From a bacterium (GTDB lineage Bacteria; UBA8248), in NCBI GenBank assembly GCA_965200245.1, contig CBDATS010000015.1:320001-384000 (forward strand): 64,000 bases of DNA, read 5' to 3'. Position 1 is the first letter of the stretch; the number at the start of each line of letters is the position of its first letter. The position numbers and the translations under genes are program-made. Positions 19,541 through 28,682 of the stretch are shown here, in pieces. The notes below the pieces were generated by a model that searched no databases, had not been told where the DNA came from, and saw only the letters and a list, made by a program, of their open reading frames with translations.

Positions 19541-20056
19541 ATGCGAATGTCAAACACCAGTTTCTGGCTTCTCTACGTTCACATCCTGGCGGCCTGCCTG
19601 TATGAAGGGGCACTTGTCTTCTTCTGTTTTCTGACGCGACATCTGCGGCGCAGGCTCTCGCCGGAGGAATATGCAGACGAGATCATTTCCATCCTGCAGT
19701 TTTATCACCCCTTCGTGCTCATCTGCATGGGCGTGTTGATCATGACGGGCGCGTGGTATCTGACGGGCTTGAAGATGACCATGGGCCCCGCATTCGGGAA
19801 GATATTTGTGCCGTTGGGCCTGAAATTGCTGACGGTATTTCTGATGATGATGGGAATCAGCTTTCAGTTCTTCGCGGTGGGTCTCAGGCTAACGCGGGGG
19901 TTGGGACTGGGACCCGCTGGAAACGGACGTTCCATAGGCGATATGACGGAAGAGCGCACCAAATTGCTGAGGACGCTCGAGCGTGTGAATCTCGCCAATG
20001 CAGTCCTCGCACTGTTTGCCATATTTTTCGGACTCGCGCTGAATAAGGGTTTTTAG
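19541..20056 (+). CDS. Membrane protein (CopD-like four-helix)
   Basis: HILAA..YEG, TG.W, LKL pattern; four hydrophobic helices. Confidence 0.65.
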   Translation: MRMSNTSFWLLYVHILAACLYEGALVFFCFLTRHLRRRLSPEEYADEIISILQFYHPFVLICMGVLIMTGAWYLTGLKMTMGPAFGKIFVPLGLKLLTVFLMMMGISFQFFAVGLRLTRGLGLGPAGNGRSIGDMTEERTKLLRTLERVNLANAVLALFAIFFGLALNKGF

Positions 20057-20179
20057 TCAAATGTTTGCGAGTCAGAATTAATGCAAAACTTGATATTATT
20101 TTAGCCGACGAAATTTATCTGGAACCGCTCGAATCTATCGATATTTGCCTGATTTTCCCAAAGACTTTGAGGGTTCTTC

Positions 20180-20911
20180 ATGGCTACGGGCCCGGAACTC
20201 GCCAGTGCTGCGAACAGACGCCCCGTCAGCGGTGCCAAAGTCGTCCCGCGCCGCTGGGAAGGGTTCTCGGGCGTCAATCTATCAGGTCCCAGAACCTCGA
20301 CTGAACCGCTTGATGCGGAGCGCGACACGGCTGGCATCTACCGTGCTGCGACAGAAGGTGAAGAACCCGAGCGGATATTCGATTACATGAGCGTGGGTCC
20401 CTTCTCAAATGAAGAGGAGGTGCACGCCCTGCTCCTTGAGCGTCAGGCTTCCCGCGACCCGCTGTACGTCATCTACCGCGACTCCGCCACGGGTCGCCTC
20501 GGCGGCATGGGCAGTTTCATGGAGATCAGGCCTGCCGCCGGAGTCGTCGAAATCGGCCATATCTGGTTCGGACGCGCCTGGCAGCGCAGCGTGCTGGCCA
20601 CGGAAGTCATCTCGCTCAAAATGCGCCACGCCCTGGAAACCCTGGGCTACCGTCGCCTGGAATGGAAATGCGACGCCCTGAACACGGCCTCGCGCTCCGC
20701 AGCCCTGCGTCTAGGCTTTCGTTATGAAGGCATTTTCCTGAATCACATGATCGTCAAGGGACGCAGTCGCGACACCGCCTGGTTCTCCCTCACCCAGGAG
20801 GAATGGCCTGCCGTCCGCGAAGCACACGATCACTGGCTCGCGCCGGACAATTTCGACGCCACAGGCCGCCAGAAATGCCCGCTAAGCGCCCTCACCCGCG
20901 CGCTTTGGTGA
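20180..20911 (+). CDS. GNAT acetyltransferase, RimJ/RimL family
   Basis: VEIGHIW, GYRRLEWKCDALN..SR.AA.RLGF.YEG, RDTAWFS. Confidence 0.92.
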   Translation: MATGPELASAANRRPVSGAKVVPRRWEGFSGVNLSGPRTSTEPLDAERDTAGIYRAATEGEEPERIFDYMSVGPFSNEEEVHALLLERQASRDPLYVIYRDSATGRLGGMGSFMEIRPAAGVVEIGHIWFGRAWQRSVLATEVISLKMRHALETLGYRRLEWKCDALNTASRSAALRLGFRYEGIFLNHMIVKGRSRDTAWFSLTQEEWPAVREAHDHWLAPDNFDATGRQKCPLSALTRALW

Positions 20912-20973
20912 AAAGGCCTGGGGTCCCCGGTCGACCAAGCAGTCGTCCGGGGAAGGAAATCGTGACACCCATT

Positions 20974-21246
20974 CTAACCCATATGAATGGTATCCACATC
21001 ATCCCAATAGCTGCCGCCACTGGCGTCTTTCAACTGTTCATCGGTGAGCCGGGACGGAGGCGGAAGGACGAGATAGCTGTTCTCGGCGTCGTCTTCCATC
21101 ACATGCAGGTTGAAATTCTCCGGCATCGTTACCCCGAACTCCTCCGATATCACGGCCTTCGGTTCAGAAATCAGACGGGCGCGGAACTCCTCGCTGTCGC
21201 CTGCCTTCTCGATCAGGTGCTCGCGCATCTCGGTGACGGATTTCAT
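20974..21246 (-). CDS. NHLP-leader RiPP (proteusin-type) precursor peptide
   Basis: 90 aa with KA..SEEFRARLISEPKAVI...G..P...LHV.ED....YLVLPP and LTDEQLKDASGG double-Gly site; SD AAAGGAG; core SYWDDVDTIHMG. Confidence 0.88.
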   Translation of the reverse strand: MKSVTEMREHLIEKAGDSEEFRARLISEPKAVISEEFGVTMPENFNLHVMEDDAENSYLVLPPPSRLTDEQLKDASGGSYWDDVDTIHMG

Positions 21247-21812
21247 TCTGGTCTCCTTTCCTGAGGAAATGAGTATGGGTGGATACCTCCGATGCCTTGT
21301 TTGCATCGTTGCCATGAACAGGGTATGGGACATTCCGGTGGGAAGGCGAGAAATTTCCTGACGTTTTTCTCGTGAGGAACAGGCTTCCTCCCGGAATCCC
21401 GTCCGTGTGTCCCCCGTTTTCCCGGAAACCGGCGGCGGCAGAATCCCCAGGCAAAGGATAATCAAACCAAGTATGTCAAAGAGAGGTTCAAATTGAAGAT
21501 ATTGAATGGATGAGTGAGTCCACTTTGTGATGAACACGAGAAAAAGCCTTGAGACGAAACCCTAGAAAGAGTCAGGCCGTATCCGGGGCATGAAACCAGA
21601 GATGTGTCGAATTACTACCCGCCGGGGTATCCAGTAAAATATCAGGAAGGGATTATGGAAGAGAAAAATTTCAGAGAAGACAGTTTTTCAGAAAGGCGCA
21701 TTCTTGCTGGTTAGGAGTTACGAAAAATACAGAAAAAGATGTATTAAATTGGGGTTTATATCCTTAACTTCCTGTCATTGTTAAATTCCTTTCACATCTG
21801 CTTGATTTTTCT

Positions 21813-22058
21813 TCACCTGGTTTTTCTGTAATTTTTCCATGACTTGGCACGACGGGATGTTTGCTCTTCCAGAACCCAAGAACTAAGGCTTGCCAAACCC
21901 CTTTTGCCTCTTATCTTAATACGGTACTTTCCATCCTTGCATGCGCACACCTGACGCCTTTCGTTTATCATGCTGGGATCAGAACGAATAAACCTCATTT
22001 CCTTCCGAGCCTCCAAAATTGTCTGGCACTTTATATAAGTTGCAGTTGATTTTCCCAT
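21813..22058 (-). CDS. Small basic hypothetical protein, possibly the remnant of a decayed gene
   Basis: 81-aa ORF in an AT-richer stretch ending KIRGKR...W...SWKNYRKTR. Confidence 0.3.
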   Translation of the reverse strand: MGKSTATYIKCQTILEARKEMRFIRSDPSMINERRQVCACKDGKYRIKIRGKRGLASLSSWVLEEQTSRRAKSWKNYRKTR

Positions 22059-22358
22059 GGTTGCATTTAAATCTCACGTTTCTTGTGCCGCAACCGCATA
22101 CGGAAGGTTCGGGAATCTTCCGTTCAGGACTGCCTGAAGTATCAATATCTACATCTTGGGGAAAGGTTTTGTATCAAACATCCCCCCCCCCTTGCTTGTC
22201 CAATTGCCAAATTCCCGATTCCCTGGCGAACTGGAGCATGGATTTCGTTGGCTTATTCTTCGTGATGAAAACTCCTGCTATTTCCCGTTAAACTCTGTTT
22301 CGAAGAACTCTCAGTGAGGAATTTGAGAAAATGTTCTTTTCGTCCTTTTCTGTGAATT

Positions 22359-23099
22359 TCAAAGATGGACATCAATCCCCTGCCCGTCTTGAGGCGGCCA
22401 GATGCGGCTTGCCGCCAGGGGTGAACCGATAGGATGGACCAGATATCCGTGTACACGCTTCGTCCATTCGGTTTCCTCGAGCGCAATGTAGTTCTCCTCA
22501 CGCGCCTCAAGTGATGTGAATTCATACAGAACGGAGTGCTTGGGCGAACCCGTCGCCACAAGGTATTTCCTGGCACCGATGCAGCCGGGTGTGAATGCGA
22601 CTCTCGCCATCCGTTCCTGGGCGTACCATGCTTCAAGGTTCTCATCATTACCCTGCGCCTCGTAGCGGCCTATCTGGATGGCGGGCGCCATGATGTGCGG
22701 GGCTTCCCGACTGCCCGCGTCCGGGCCTTCCACACGCCATTCCTCGCAGAGCATGAATCCCCTTGCCTGAATCCGCATACCCACCATCTTGCGAGTCTCT
22801 TCGTCCTGGCGCTCTTTTAGCTGCGCCGGGCTGGGGTCGTAGAAAACCCGGGTGGTTTCCCCGCCGAAAAGCGCAATGAATCCTGTGCCCGACGCGAGCG
22901 CAAGGTCATCGTCGCGGTTCAGTCGTGCCGCAATTTTCTCGAAACGCTCTCCAGGGTGCTTCACCTCGTAGTGGGCCGCCCAGGTGTAGCCCGGACGCGA
23001 GAGTTTCTCGGGGACATGAATTTCATGGAACCACCCCATATATTGTTCCTGCCCATCCTCGGGCAGATCGTAGATGATCGCCCATACCGCTCTGTCCAT
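22359..23099 (-). CDS. Hypothetical protein with two EthD/DUF4286-like dimeric alpha-beta barrel repeats
   Basis: Y..WFHEIHVPE....PG and WYAQERM......PGC.GAR.Y repeats. Confidence 0.7.
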   Translation of the reverse strand: MDRAVWAIIYDLPEDGQEQYMGWFHEIHVPEKLSRPGYTWAAHYEVKHPGERFEKIAARLNRDDDLALASGTGFIALFGGETTRVFYDPSPAQLKERQDEETRKMVGMRIQARGFMLCEEWRVEGPDAGSREAPHIMAPAIQIGRYEAQGNDENLEAWYAQERMARVAFTPGCIGARKYLVATGSPKHSVLYEFTSLEAREENYIALEETEWTKRVHGYLVHPIGSPLAASRIWPPQDGQGIDVHL

Positions 23100-23245
23100 G
23101 CTCTGTCTCCGTATCGCAGAAATGAATTATGGATGAAGGATAGCCGTTGTTCATTCATTGTAATATAAAGATTTGGTCAGGCGCATTATCTTCACTTGCC
23201 GATCTGTTGTTGGCGTTGGAATCAATTTCAAGGAGCCTATCCACG

Positions 23246-23875
23246 ATGCTATACGAAGTTCGGGCCTACACGTTCACGGCAGGATTTGCCCCCGAAGGCG
23301 CGGAGGATTTTGGCAGGATCATCGAAAAAAGAGTCGCCATATCTCCACTCATCGGGTTTTTCATCTCCGCCATCGGGGGACTCAACCGAATCCTCCACAT
23401 CTGGGAATACGAGAATTCCGCCCATAGGGAAACTGCACGCGCAGAAGCACTCGCCCAGCCGTGGTGGCCTCCGCTTCAGGTGGAGAAAATCCTCTATCAG
23501 CAGACGAGGCTCATGCGGGCTGCTTCGTTTTGTCGCAAGCCGCGGACAGGAAAGATGGGCGGTGTCTACGAAATCAGGAGCGATGTGATGGCTACGGGCA
23601 AGATGCGTGCCATCAGTGAGGCGTGGGAGAAGAACCTGCCCGAGAGGGAGCGTCTTTCGCCCTTGGCGGCGGCGTTTGCCAATCCGGCGGGAGAGTTCGA
23701 GTCCGGCATTCTGAACGAGTTCCTGCACATCTGGCCTTACCGGGACATGAACCACTGGGCCGAAGTGCAGAGAGAAGTCACGAACCTCCCGAATTGGGAA
23801 AGCGGTTACAAGTCTTGTCTTCGGAGCGAGAATTCCGAAATCTGGTATCCGGTTGCGTATTCGCCCATGAAATAA
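23246..23875 (+). CDS. NIPSNAP family protein (two domains)
   Basis: MLYEVRAY...GGLN.ILHIWEY and VYEIR...LN.FLHIWPY, YSPMK; SD AGGAG. Confidence 0.9.
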   Translation: MLYEVRAYTFTAGFAPEGAEDFGRIIEKRVAISPLIGFFISAIGGLNRILHIWEYENSAHRETARAEALAQPWWPPLQVEKILYQQTRLMRAASFCRKPRTGKMGGVYEIRSDVMATGKMRAISEAWEKNLPERERLSPLAAAFANPAGEFESGILNEFLHIWPYRDMNHWAEVQREVTNLPNWESGYKSCLRSENSEIWYPVAYSPMK

Positions 23876-23915
23876 CGGGGAATGCCAACTTCGTTCCCCG
23901 TCGAGTGAAGGCTAT

Positions 23916-23990
23916 TGGAGCGGGAAACGGGATTTGAACCCGCGACCCCAACGTTGGCAACGTTGTGCTCTACCTCTGAGCTATTCCCGC
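23916..23990 (-). tRNA. tRNA-Gly (anticodon GCC)
   Basis: Reverse complement GCGGGAATAGCTCAGAGGTAGAGCACAACGTTGCCAACGTTGGGGTCGCGGGTTCAAATCCCGTTTCCCGCTCCA folds as a cloverleaf with encoded CCA. Confidence 0.98.
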
Positions 23991-24005
23991 ATACAACAAT
24001 CAAAA

Positions 24006-24033
24006 AGTGTACCCGACTGGCGTCAGGAGTCAA
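24006..24033 (-). promoter_or_regulatory. Sigma70-like promoter of tRNA-Gly
   Basis: Minus strand TTGACT-16nt-TACACT just upstream of the tRNA 5' end. Confidence 0.6.
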
Positions 24034-24055
24034 GAGGCGTGCGGAGGATACTGTC

Positions 24056-25171
24056 TCACCTTTGCCGGCCACTCGCTTCCAGTTTGTCCGCAAGCCAGTC
24101 CGCCGCGAGGGGACGCCACAGGAAAGGAATGTTGTTGCACACGTGGACTCCTTCCGGGTACACCACGAGTTCGCATGCATCGCCCGCCTCCGCCACTATC
24201 TTGTGGGCCTGTGTGAGGGGGCACAGCCTGTCCCTGGCACCATGAATGATCAACAGGGGTCTATCCAGCCCTCTCAGGTGCCCACGCAGGGATATTTTCC
24301 GGGACGTGAGAGCTCCTTCTTGTTCATCGTTTTCTGTCTGGAAGGAAACGCATATCCCCTGGCGGGTCAACGTGGGCAGATCCTTCCATATCTCCGCCAG
24401 GTCGTAGGGGCCGCAAACGCCGACTCCCGCCTTGAGGCGAGGCTCGAAGGCCAGGCTGCGGGGCGCATAGTATCCACCCAGGCTTACTCCCAGGACACCT
24501 ATACGGGATGAGTCCAGCCGCGAATCTTCCACCAGACGATTCATGACAGCGGAGACCACGTGTTCGAAATCGGCACGCAGTTGCATGTCTGCGTTTTCCC
24601 CCTGAGCGGGACCGTCGAAGGTGAAAGTAGCCATCCCCCTGGCGTGGAAAACTTCTTCCAGCGTATGGAACTCCTCTTTGGTGGAATCAAGACCCGCTAC
24701 CAAGACAACGCACGGTGCGCCACTCTCGCCCTTTGCTCCCTCGGGAATGCGCAGGATACCCGGCAGGAATCTTTCGTCCCCCCATGGAATTTCCACCCGT
24801 TCGGCAGGCGGTTTCAGATGTGGTGCACCGCGAAGGTAGGTCTCGACCTTGCGTTTCTGTGCCTCGAGCTTAAGTTCCGAGTCTTCATGATAGACGAATT
24901 GGGCGAAATGATAGGCAAGAGAGGCGCGCACATACGCTTCAGCGGCACTTCTTTTTCTGCCGGCCTTTTCCATCTCGTGGGCCTCGCGCTCGCGAACTTC
25001 AGCGCGCTCCATCCAGAGGCGGCACCACTCGTGCCAGGAGCGCACCCGGGGGATGACTTCCGAGGCGTCGATATAGGAGATACCGTTCGCCAACAGGCGG
25101 ACGTACCAGTGCGAGAGAGCCTCTTGCGTAAGGGTATCGGCGGAGGATTCACTCAATTCTCTTCTCCTCAA
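24056..25171 (-). CDS. Alpha/beta hydrolase, FrsA/2,6-dihydroxypseudooxynicotine hydrolase-like
   Basis: GLDSTKEE, FDGPAQGE, GVSLGG nucleophile elbow, HGARD, GVHVCNN. Confidence 0.85.
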   Translation of the reverse strand: MRRRELSESSADTLTQEALSHWYVRLLANGISYIDASEVIPRVRSWHEWCRLWMERAEVREREAHEMEKAGRKRSAAEAYVRASLAYHFAQFVYHEDSELKLEAQKRKVETYLRGAPHLKPPAERVEIPWGDERFLPGILRIPEGAKGESGAPCVVLVAGLDSTKEEFHTLEEVFHARGMATFTFDGPAQGENADMQLRADFEHVVSAVMNRLVEDSRLDSSRIGVLGVSLGGYYAPRSLAFEPRLKAGVGVCGPYDLAEIWKDLPTLTRQGICVSFQTENDEQEGALTSRKISLRGHLRGLDRPLLIIHGARDRLCPLTQAHKIVAEAGDACELVVYPEGVHVCNNIPFLWRPLAADWLADKLEASGRQR

Positions 25172-25917
25172 GCGGTCTTTCGCGCATGAACACGAACCGA
25201 AACCACCGGACGAAACGGAGCATGACCGGAAATATCAATTTCACAAAACCCGGTGCTTGCCAAGAGGTATTCCCATTCGGTCTGTTCGCAAACACCACCG
25301 AGCGAAGCGTTCCACGCTTGGGGGTCCTGTGCAATCTCGGCGGGCAATTCGCCCTCGCGTATCAGTTCGCGGGCGATGAGACGGCCGCCCGGCTTTAATA
25401 TGCGGCACGCCTCGGCGAGCGCCTTTCGCTTGTCCACCGTGAGGTTGAACGAGGCATTGGCTAGCACCACGTCGGCGACGCCGTCCGTGAAGGGGAGGTT
25501 CTCCATGTCCCCGGCCAGCAGGTGCAGGCGCGCACTTTCACGAACTCCTCCGAACGCCTCACGCGCACGGTGAAGCATCTGGGGCGCGAAATCCAACGCG
25601 AATAGCCTGGCGCCGATACCGAGTCTCTCACTCACCAGGCGCGCGTCGAGCCCTGCGCCGCATCCCAGTTCAACGGCCGTGTGCACGCCCCTCAGATCGA
25701 CTTCTTCAAGCAGATAACCGCAACCACAATAAGAGGCCGAAACGCGCTCTGCAAGATCCGCGATAAACTCCGGCGGATAGCCTGCTTCCAGTGCCCTGCC
25801 TGCACCTCCTTCGGGAAACGCATGCGCCTCGGCCAGATGGGCGTAACGCTTTCTGACGAAAAGCTTGACCTGATCCTGCCATGCCCGCGGTTTCGCGCCG
25901 TGAATGTTTACAGGCAT
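25168..25917 (-). CDS. Class I SAM methyltransferase, arsenite methyltransferase (ArsM)-like
   Basis: SYCGCG, ELGCGAGLD, GDMENLP, N...NL..DK, LKPGGRL. Confidence 0.75.
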   Translation of the reverse strand: MPVNIHGAKPRAWQDQVKLFVRKRYAHLAEAHAFPEGGAGRALEAGYPPEFIADLAERVSASYCGCGYLLEEVDLRGVHTAVELGCGAGLDARLVSERLGIGARLFALDFAPQMLHRAREAFGGVRESARLHLLAGDMENLPFTDGVADVVLANASFNLTVDKRKALAEACRILKPGGRLIARELIREGELPAEIAQDPQAWNASLGGVCEQTEWEYLLASTGFCEIDISGHAPFRPVVSVRVHARKTA

Positions 25918-25924
25918 GGCACGT

Positions 25925-26677
25925 CTAGTGGGGCATGTGGGCGGGATTCCAGAATTCCCCGCTTCGTACCATCCTGGCAATTCGCTCCCCGTGAGGCAGC
26001 CAGCCGTTCTCGTTTTTCTTCGCCTGTGTTTCGCAATCATATGCCACGCGCTTGATCTCGACGCGCCACCCGCCCCCTCCTTCGTATTCCACGACAGAAT
26101 AGGCGGGCCGGCAGTCGCCGTCCCAGTTCATGCCCACCGCGGCAGTGCACACCAGGGTCTGGCCATCGACTTCTCGGACATAGGGGCAGTGCACGTGGCC
26201 GAAAGCCATGATCTCCGCATCCGTTCCCCTGATCTTCTCCTTCACTTCTTCATCCGTGAACCTCAGGGGAATTGCGTCTTCGATATCGCCCGGCGTGGCA
26301 TGGAAGATGTGAAAATCATGTCCCTTCTCGGGCGTGATCGTCATCGACCACATGAGATTGTCCAGATAGTCGATCTGCTCGACGGAGAGGCGCTCTCGCG
26401 TCAGCCTCACCATTTCGTAGAGCCATATATGATGTTCGTTCTTGGGCGGGTCGGTCTCGTCCTTTCGCTTCGATACCCACCAGTCGAGATTCCCGGCAAG
26501 AACGTCCACATCCTTCCGCCCCACAAAACGTTCCACCACTTCGGCGGGTTCGGGTCCGAGCATCACCAGATCGCCGATGACGATCTCACGGTCTGCGTTT
26601 TCCTTTGCCACGGCTTCCTGAACGGCATCCAGAGGCGCAAGCTGAGCGTGGATGTCGGAATACAAAGCAATTTTCAC
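25925..26677 (-). CDS. Calcineurin-like metallophosphoesterase
   Basis: SDIH, GDLV, GNLD, FHA, FGHVH. Confidence 0.88.
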   Translation of the reverse strand: MKIALYSDIHAQLAPLDAVQEAVAKENADREIVIGDLVMLGPEPAEVVERFVGRKDVDVLAGNLDWWVSKRKDETDPPKNEHHIWLYEMVRLTRERLSVEQIDYLDNLMWSMTITPEKGHDFHIFHATPGDIEDAIPLRFTDEEVKEKIRGTDAEIMAFGHVHCPYVREVDGQTLVCTAAVGMNWDGDCRPAYSVVEYEGGGGWRVEIKRVAYDCETQAKKNENGWLPHGERIARMVRSGEFWNPAHMPH

Positions 26678-26709
26678 CTCACCATTCCTTTTCTGTCATG
26701 CAAAGAACA

Positions 26710-26741
26710 GGGCCGCCGCACCGTTAAAGCGCGGCGGCCCC
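26710..26741 (-). terminator. GC-rich hairpin after the substrate-binding protein gene
   Basis: GGGCCGCCGC...GCGGCGGCCC inverted repeat. Confidence 0.5.
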
Positions 26742-26763
26742 GTATTCATGCAATAGCGAATAT

Positions 26764-27783
26764 CTAGATTTTGCCCGCCTTGGCGAGTGCGGCCTTCGTC
26801 ACGCTGGTGTCGACGATATCTTCATACGAGGGGGCCTTGCCCTTGATTTTGCCGAGGCGCTTCATGTAGTCCGCGGTGAAGGAAACCGAGGCTTTCGGAA
26901 TGCCGTTGTTCACGCCCCATATTTTCTCTGCCACGAAAACATCATAGGTTTTTGACATGATCGCAGGGTTTTTCTTATAGACGGGACGCACCCACTTCGT
27001 CGCCGACTTGAGGTACCCTTCCTTGTCCTTGTAGATCGATCGGGTGGACTGCATCATCGCCATGGCGAAGCGCACATAGGCGTCCTTGTTCGCCTTGATC
27101 TTCGACGACGGTGCAATGAACGCCCCGTAGAAGAAATTCGGCATGGCTTTCCAAAGGTCCATCAACTTGTTGAAATTGGGCTTTCTCTTCTTGACGACGA
27201 GAACCTGCTCAACGTGAATGACCACGGCATCGGCCTTTCCCTTGAGCAGGAACGGAACACGCGCCGGCGGTGGAGTCTTGATATATTTCACGTCCTTGTC
27301 ATCCAGACCGACGGTCGCCAGTACGGACAGCGCACCCAAGTGACTGTATCCGCCACGACCCTCGATACCAATGGTCTTGCCTTTGAGGTCGGCAGGCTTT
27401 TCCACCTTATCGTTCGCGGCCATCTGCGCCTCGTTCAGAAAGGCCATGGAGTGGAAGAACTTCATCCCGCTGCCCTTGGAGATACCCACCATCGCTATCG
27501 GGGCCGGCACCCAGGCGGCGTCCAGACCGCTCTTCTTGCTTGTTATCGCCCGGTGCGTGGCGACGCCGCCGCGGAAGAATTTAATCTCCACATCCAAGCC
27601 ATGCTTCTTGAAGATATCGTTGTCCAGCGCATAGAACACGGGCAGGTGCACCATCACCGGCGGACGCACTGGCATGCCAAGTATGATCTTGTCATTGGCG
27701 GCAGACTGCACAGGCGCAGTCCACGTCGCAGCGACGAGGGCAACAAAGAGTGCTGCTACCAACACCGTCCACTTCTTTTTCAT
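26764..27783 (-). CDS. ABC transporter substrate-binding protein (NMT1/SsuA/TauA family)
   Basis: Signal peptide MKKKW..., F.KHGLDVE, DLKGKTIG. Confidence 0.9.
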   Translation of the reverse strand: MKKKWTVLVAALFVALVAATWTAPVQSAANDKIILGMPVRPPVMVHLPVFYALDNDIFKKHGLDVEIKFFRGGVATHRAITSKKSGLDAAWVPAPIAMVGISKGSGMKFFHSMAFLNEAQMAANDKVEKPADLKGKTIGIEGRGGYSHLGALSVLATVGLDDKDVKYIKTPPPARVPFLLKGKADAVVIHVEQVLVVKKRKPNFNKLMDLWKAMPNFFYGAFIAPSSKIKANKDAYVRFAMAMMQSTRSIYKDKEGYLKSATKWVRPVYKKNPAIMSKTYDVFVAEKIWGVNNGIPKASVSFTADYMKRLGKIKGKAPSYEDIVDTSVTKAALAKAGKI

Positions 27784-27838
27784 TTGAGACTCCTTAAAAA
27801 GAAAAGAAAATTCATGTTTCGACAAGACATCCGCACGA

Positions 27839-28663
27839 TCAGGATTCTTGCCGGACCCTCCAGGATGAAAACTTCGTTTCACACATGTTTACCACTTTCG
27901 TTAAAGCTATACCGACAATCATCAACAAGACAACAGGCGCGAGGCCCTTGTCCAGTTCGAGGTCCGCAATGTAGTCCTGGCTCAGCGCGCCGAGCCCGGA
28001 AATGCTCATCAGAAACTCCGCGACGACCATGCCCACCAAGGCGCGTCCGCAAGCGAGCCCGAGTCCCGCGACAAGATACGGGACCACGCTCGGGAAGATC
28101 AGATCCCGCCAGCGCTGGCTCTCCGTGGAGCAGAAAGAACGCGTCACCTCGAGAAGCGAGAGGTCCACGTTCCGCACACCGTGATATACGTTCACGATAA
28201 TCGGCATGATGGCGAAGAAAACGACGATCGTCGTCTTGCCGACGAAATCGACCCCCAGGACCATCGCTATCGGAAACGCCAGTGCGACCACGGGCGTGGC
28301 GTAGAGAGCGAACACGTAGGTGTCCACTGCATACTCGAATATCTGGAAACGCCCCATGAGAATCCCCAGCACAATCCCGGCCGGGATCGCGATCAAGAGA
28401 CCCGCCACCAAGATTTGGGAACTTTCATACCCGGCGGCCACCATCTTACCGCTGACGATCAGGTCCCAGAAGGCAATGGATATGGCGCTTGGGTAGCTGA
28501 AGGTAACGGGATCGATTTGTCCGAACTGGCCCATCAATTCCCACCCGCCGATGACCACAATGAGCGATATGAGGCGCACGTAGAAGGCGGGTTCCTTGAT
28601 TTGTTCCCAAAACGCCCTCTCATCCGTCGATACGCCGACTGCTGCCGGAGCGTCGGTAGCCAA
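27839..28663 (-). CDS. ABC transporter permease (NitT/TauT family)
   Basis: LG.LMG, P.VAL, EAA-like loop, VVAE...GLG; TTG start after AGGAGG. Confidence 0.9.
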   Translation of the reverse strand: MATDAPAAVGVSTDERAFWEQIKEPAFYVRLISLIVVIGGWELMGQFGQIDPVTFSYPSAISIAFWDLIVSGKMVAAGYESSQILVAGLLIAIPAGIVLGILMGRFQIFEYAVDTYVFALYATPVVALAFPIAMVLGVDFVGKTTIVVFFAIMPIIVNVYHGVRNVDLSLLEVTRSFCSTESQRWRDLIFPSVVPYLVAGLGLACGRALVGMVVAEFLMSISGLGALSQDYIADLELDKGLAPVVLLMIVGIALTKVVNMCETKFSSWRVRQES

Positions 28664-28682
28664 AGGTTGATACCTCCTGTTT

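Noticed and set aside
21247-21537. 97-aa N-terminal extension of the NHLP ORF in the ORF track
   Set aside because: Strong SD precedes the ATG at 21246 and family similarity starts there
20070-23990. tRNA-Gly-anchored integrative element
   Set aside because: No integrase and no duplicated tRNA 3' end found by eye
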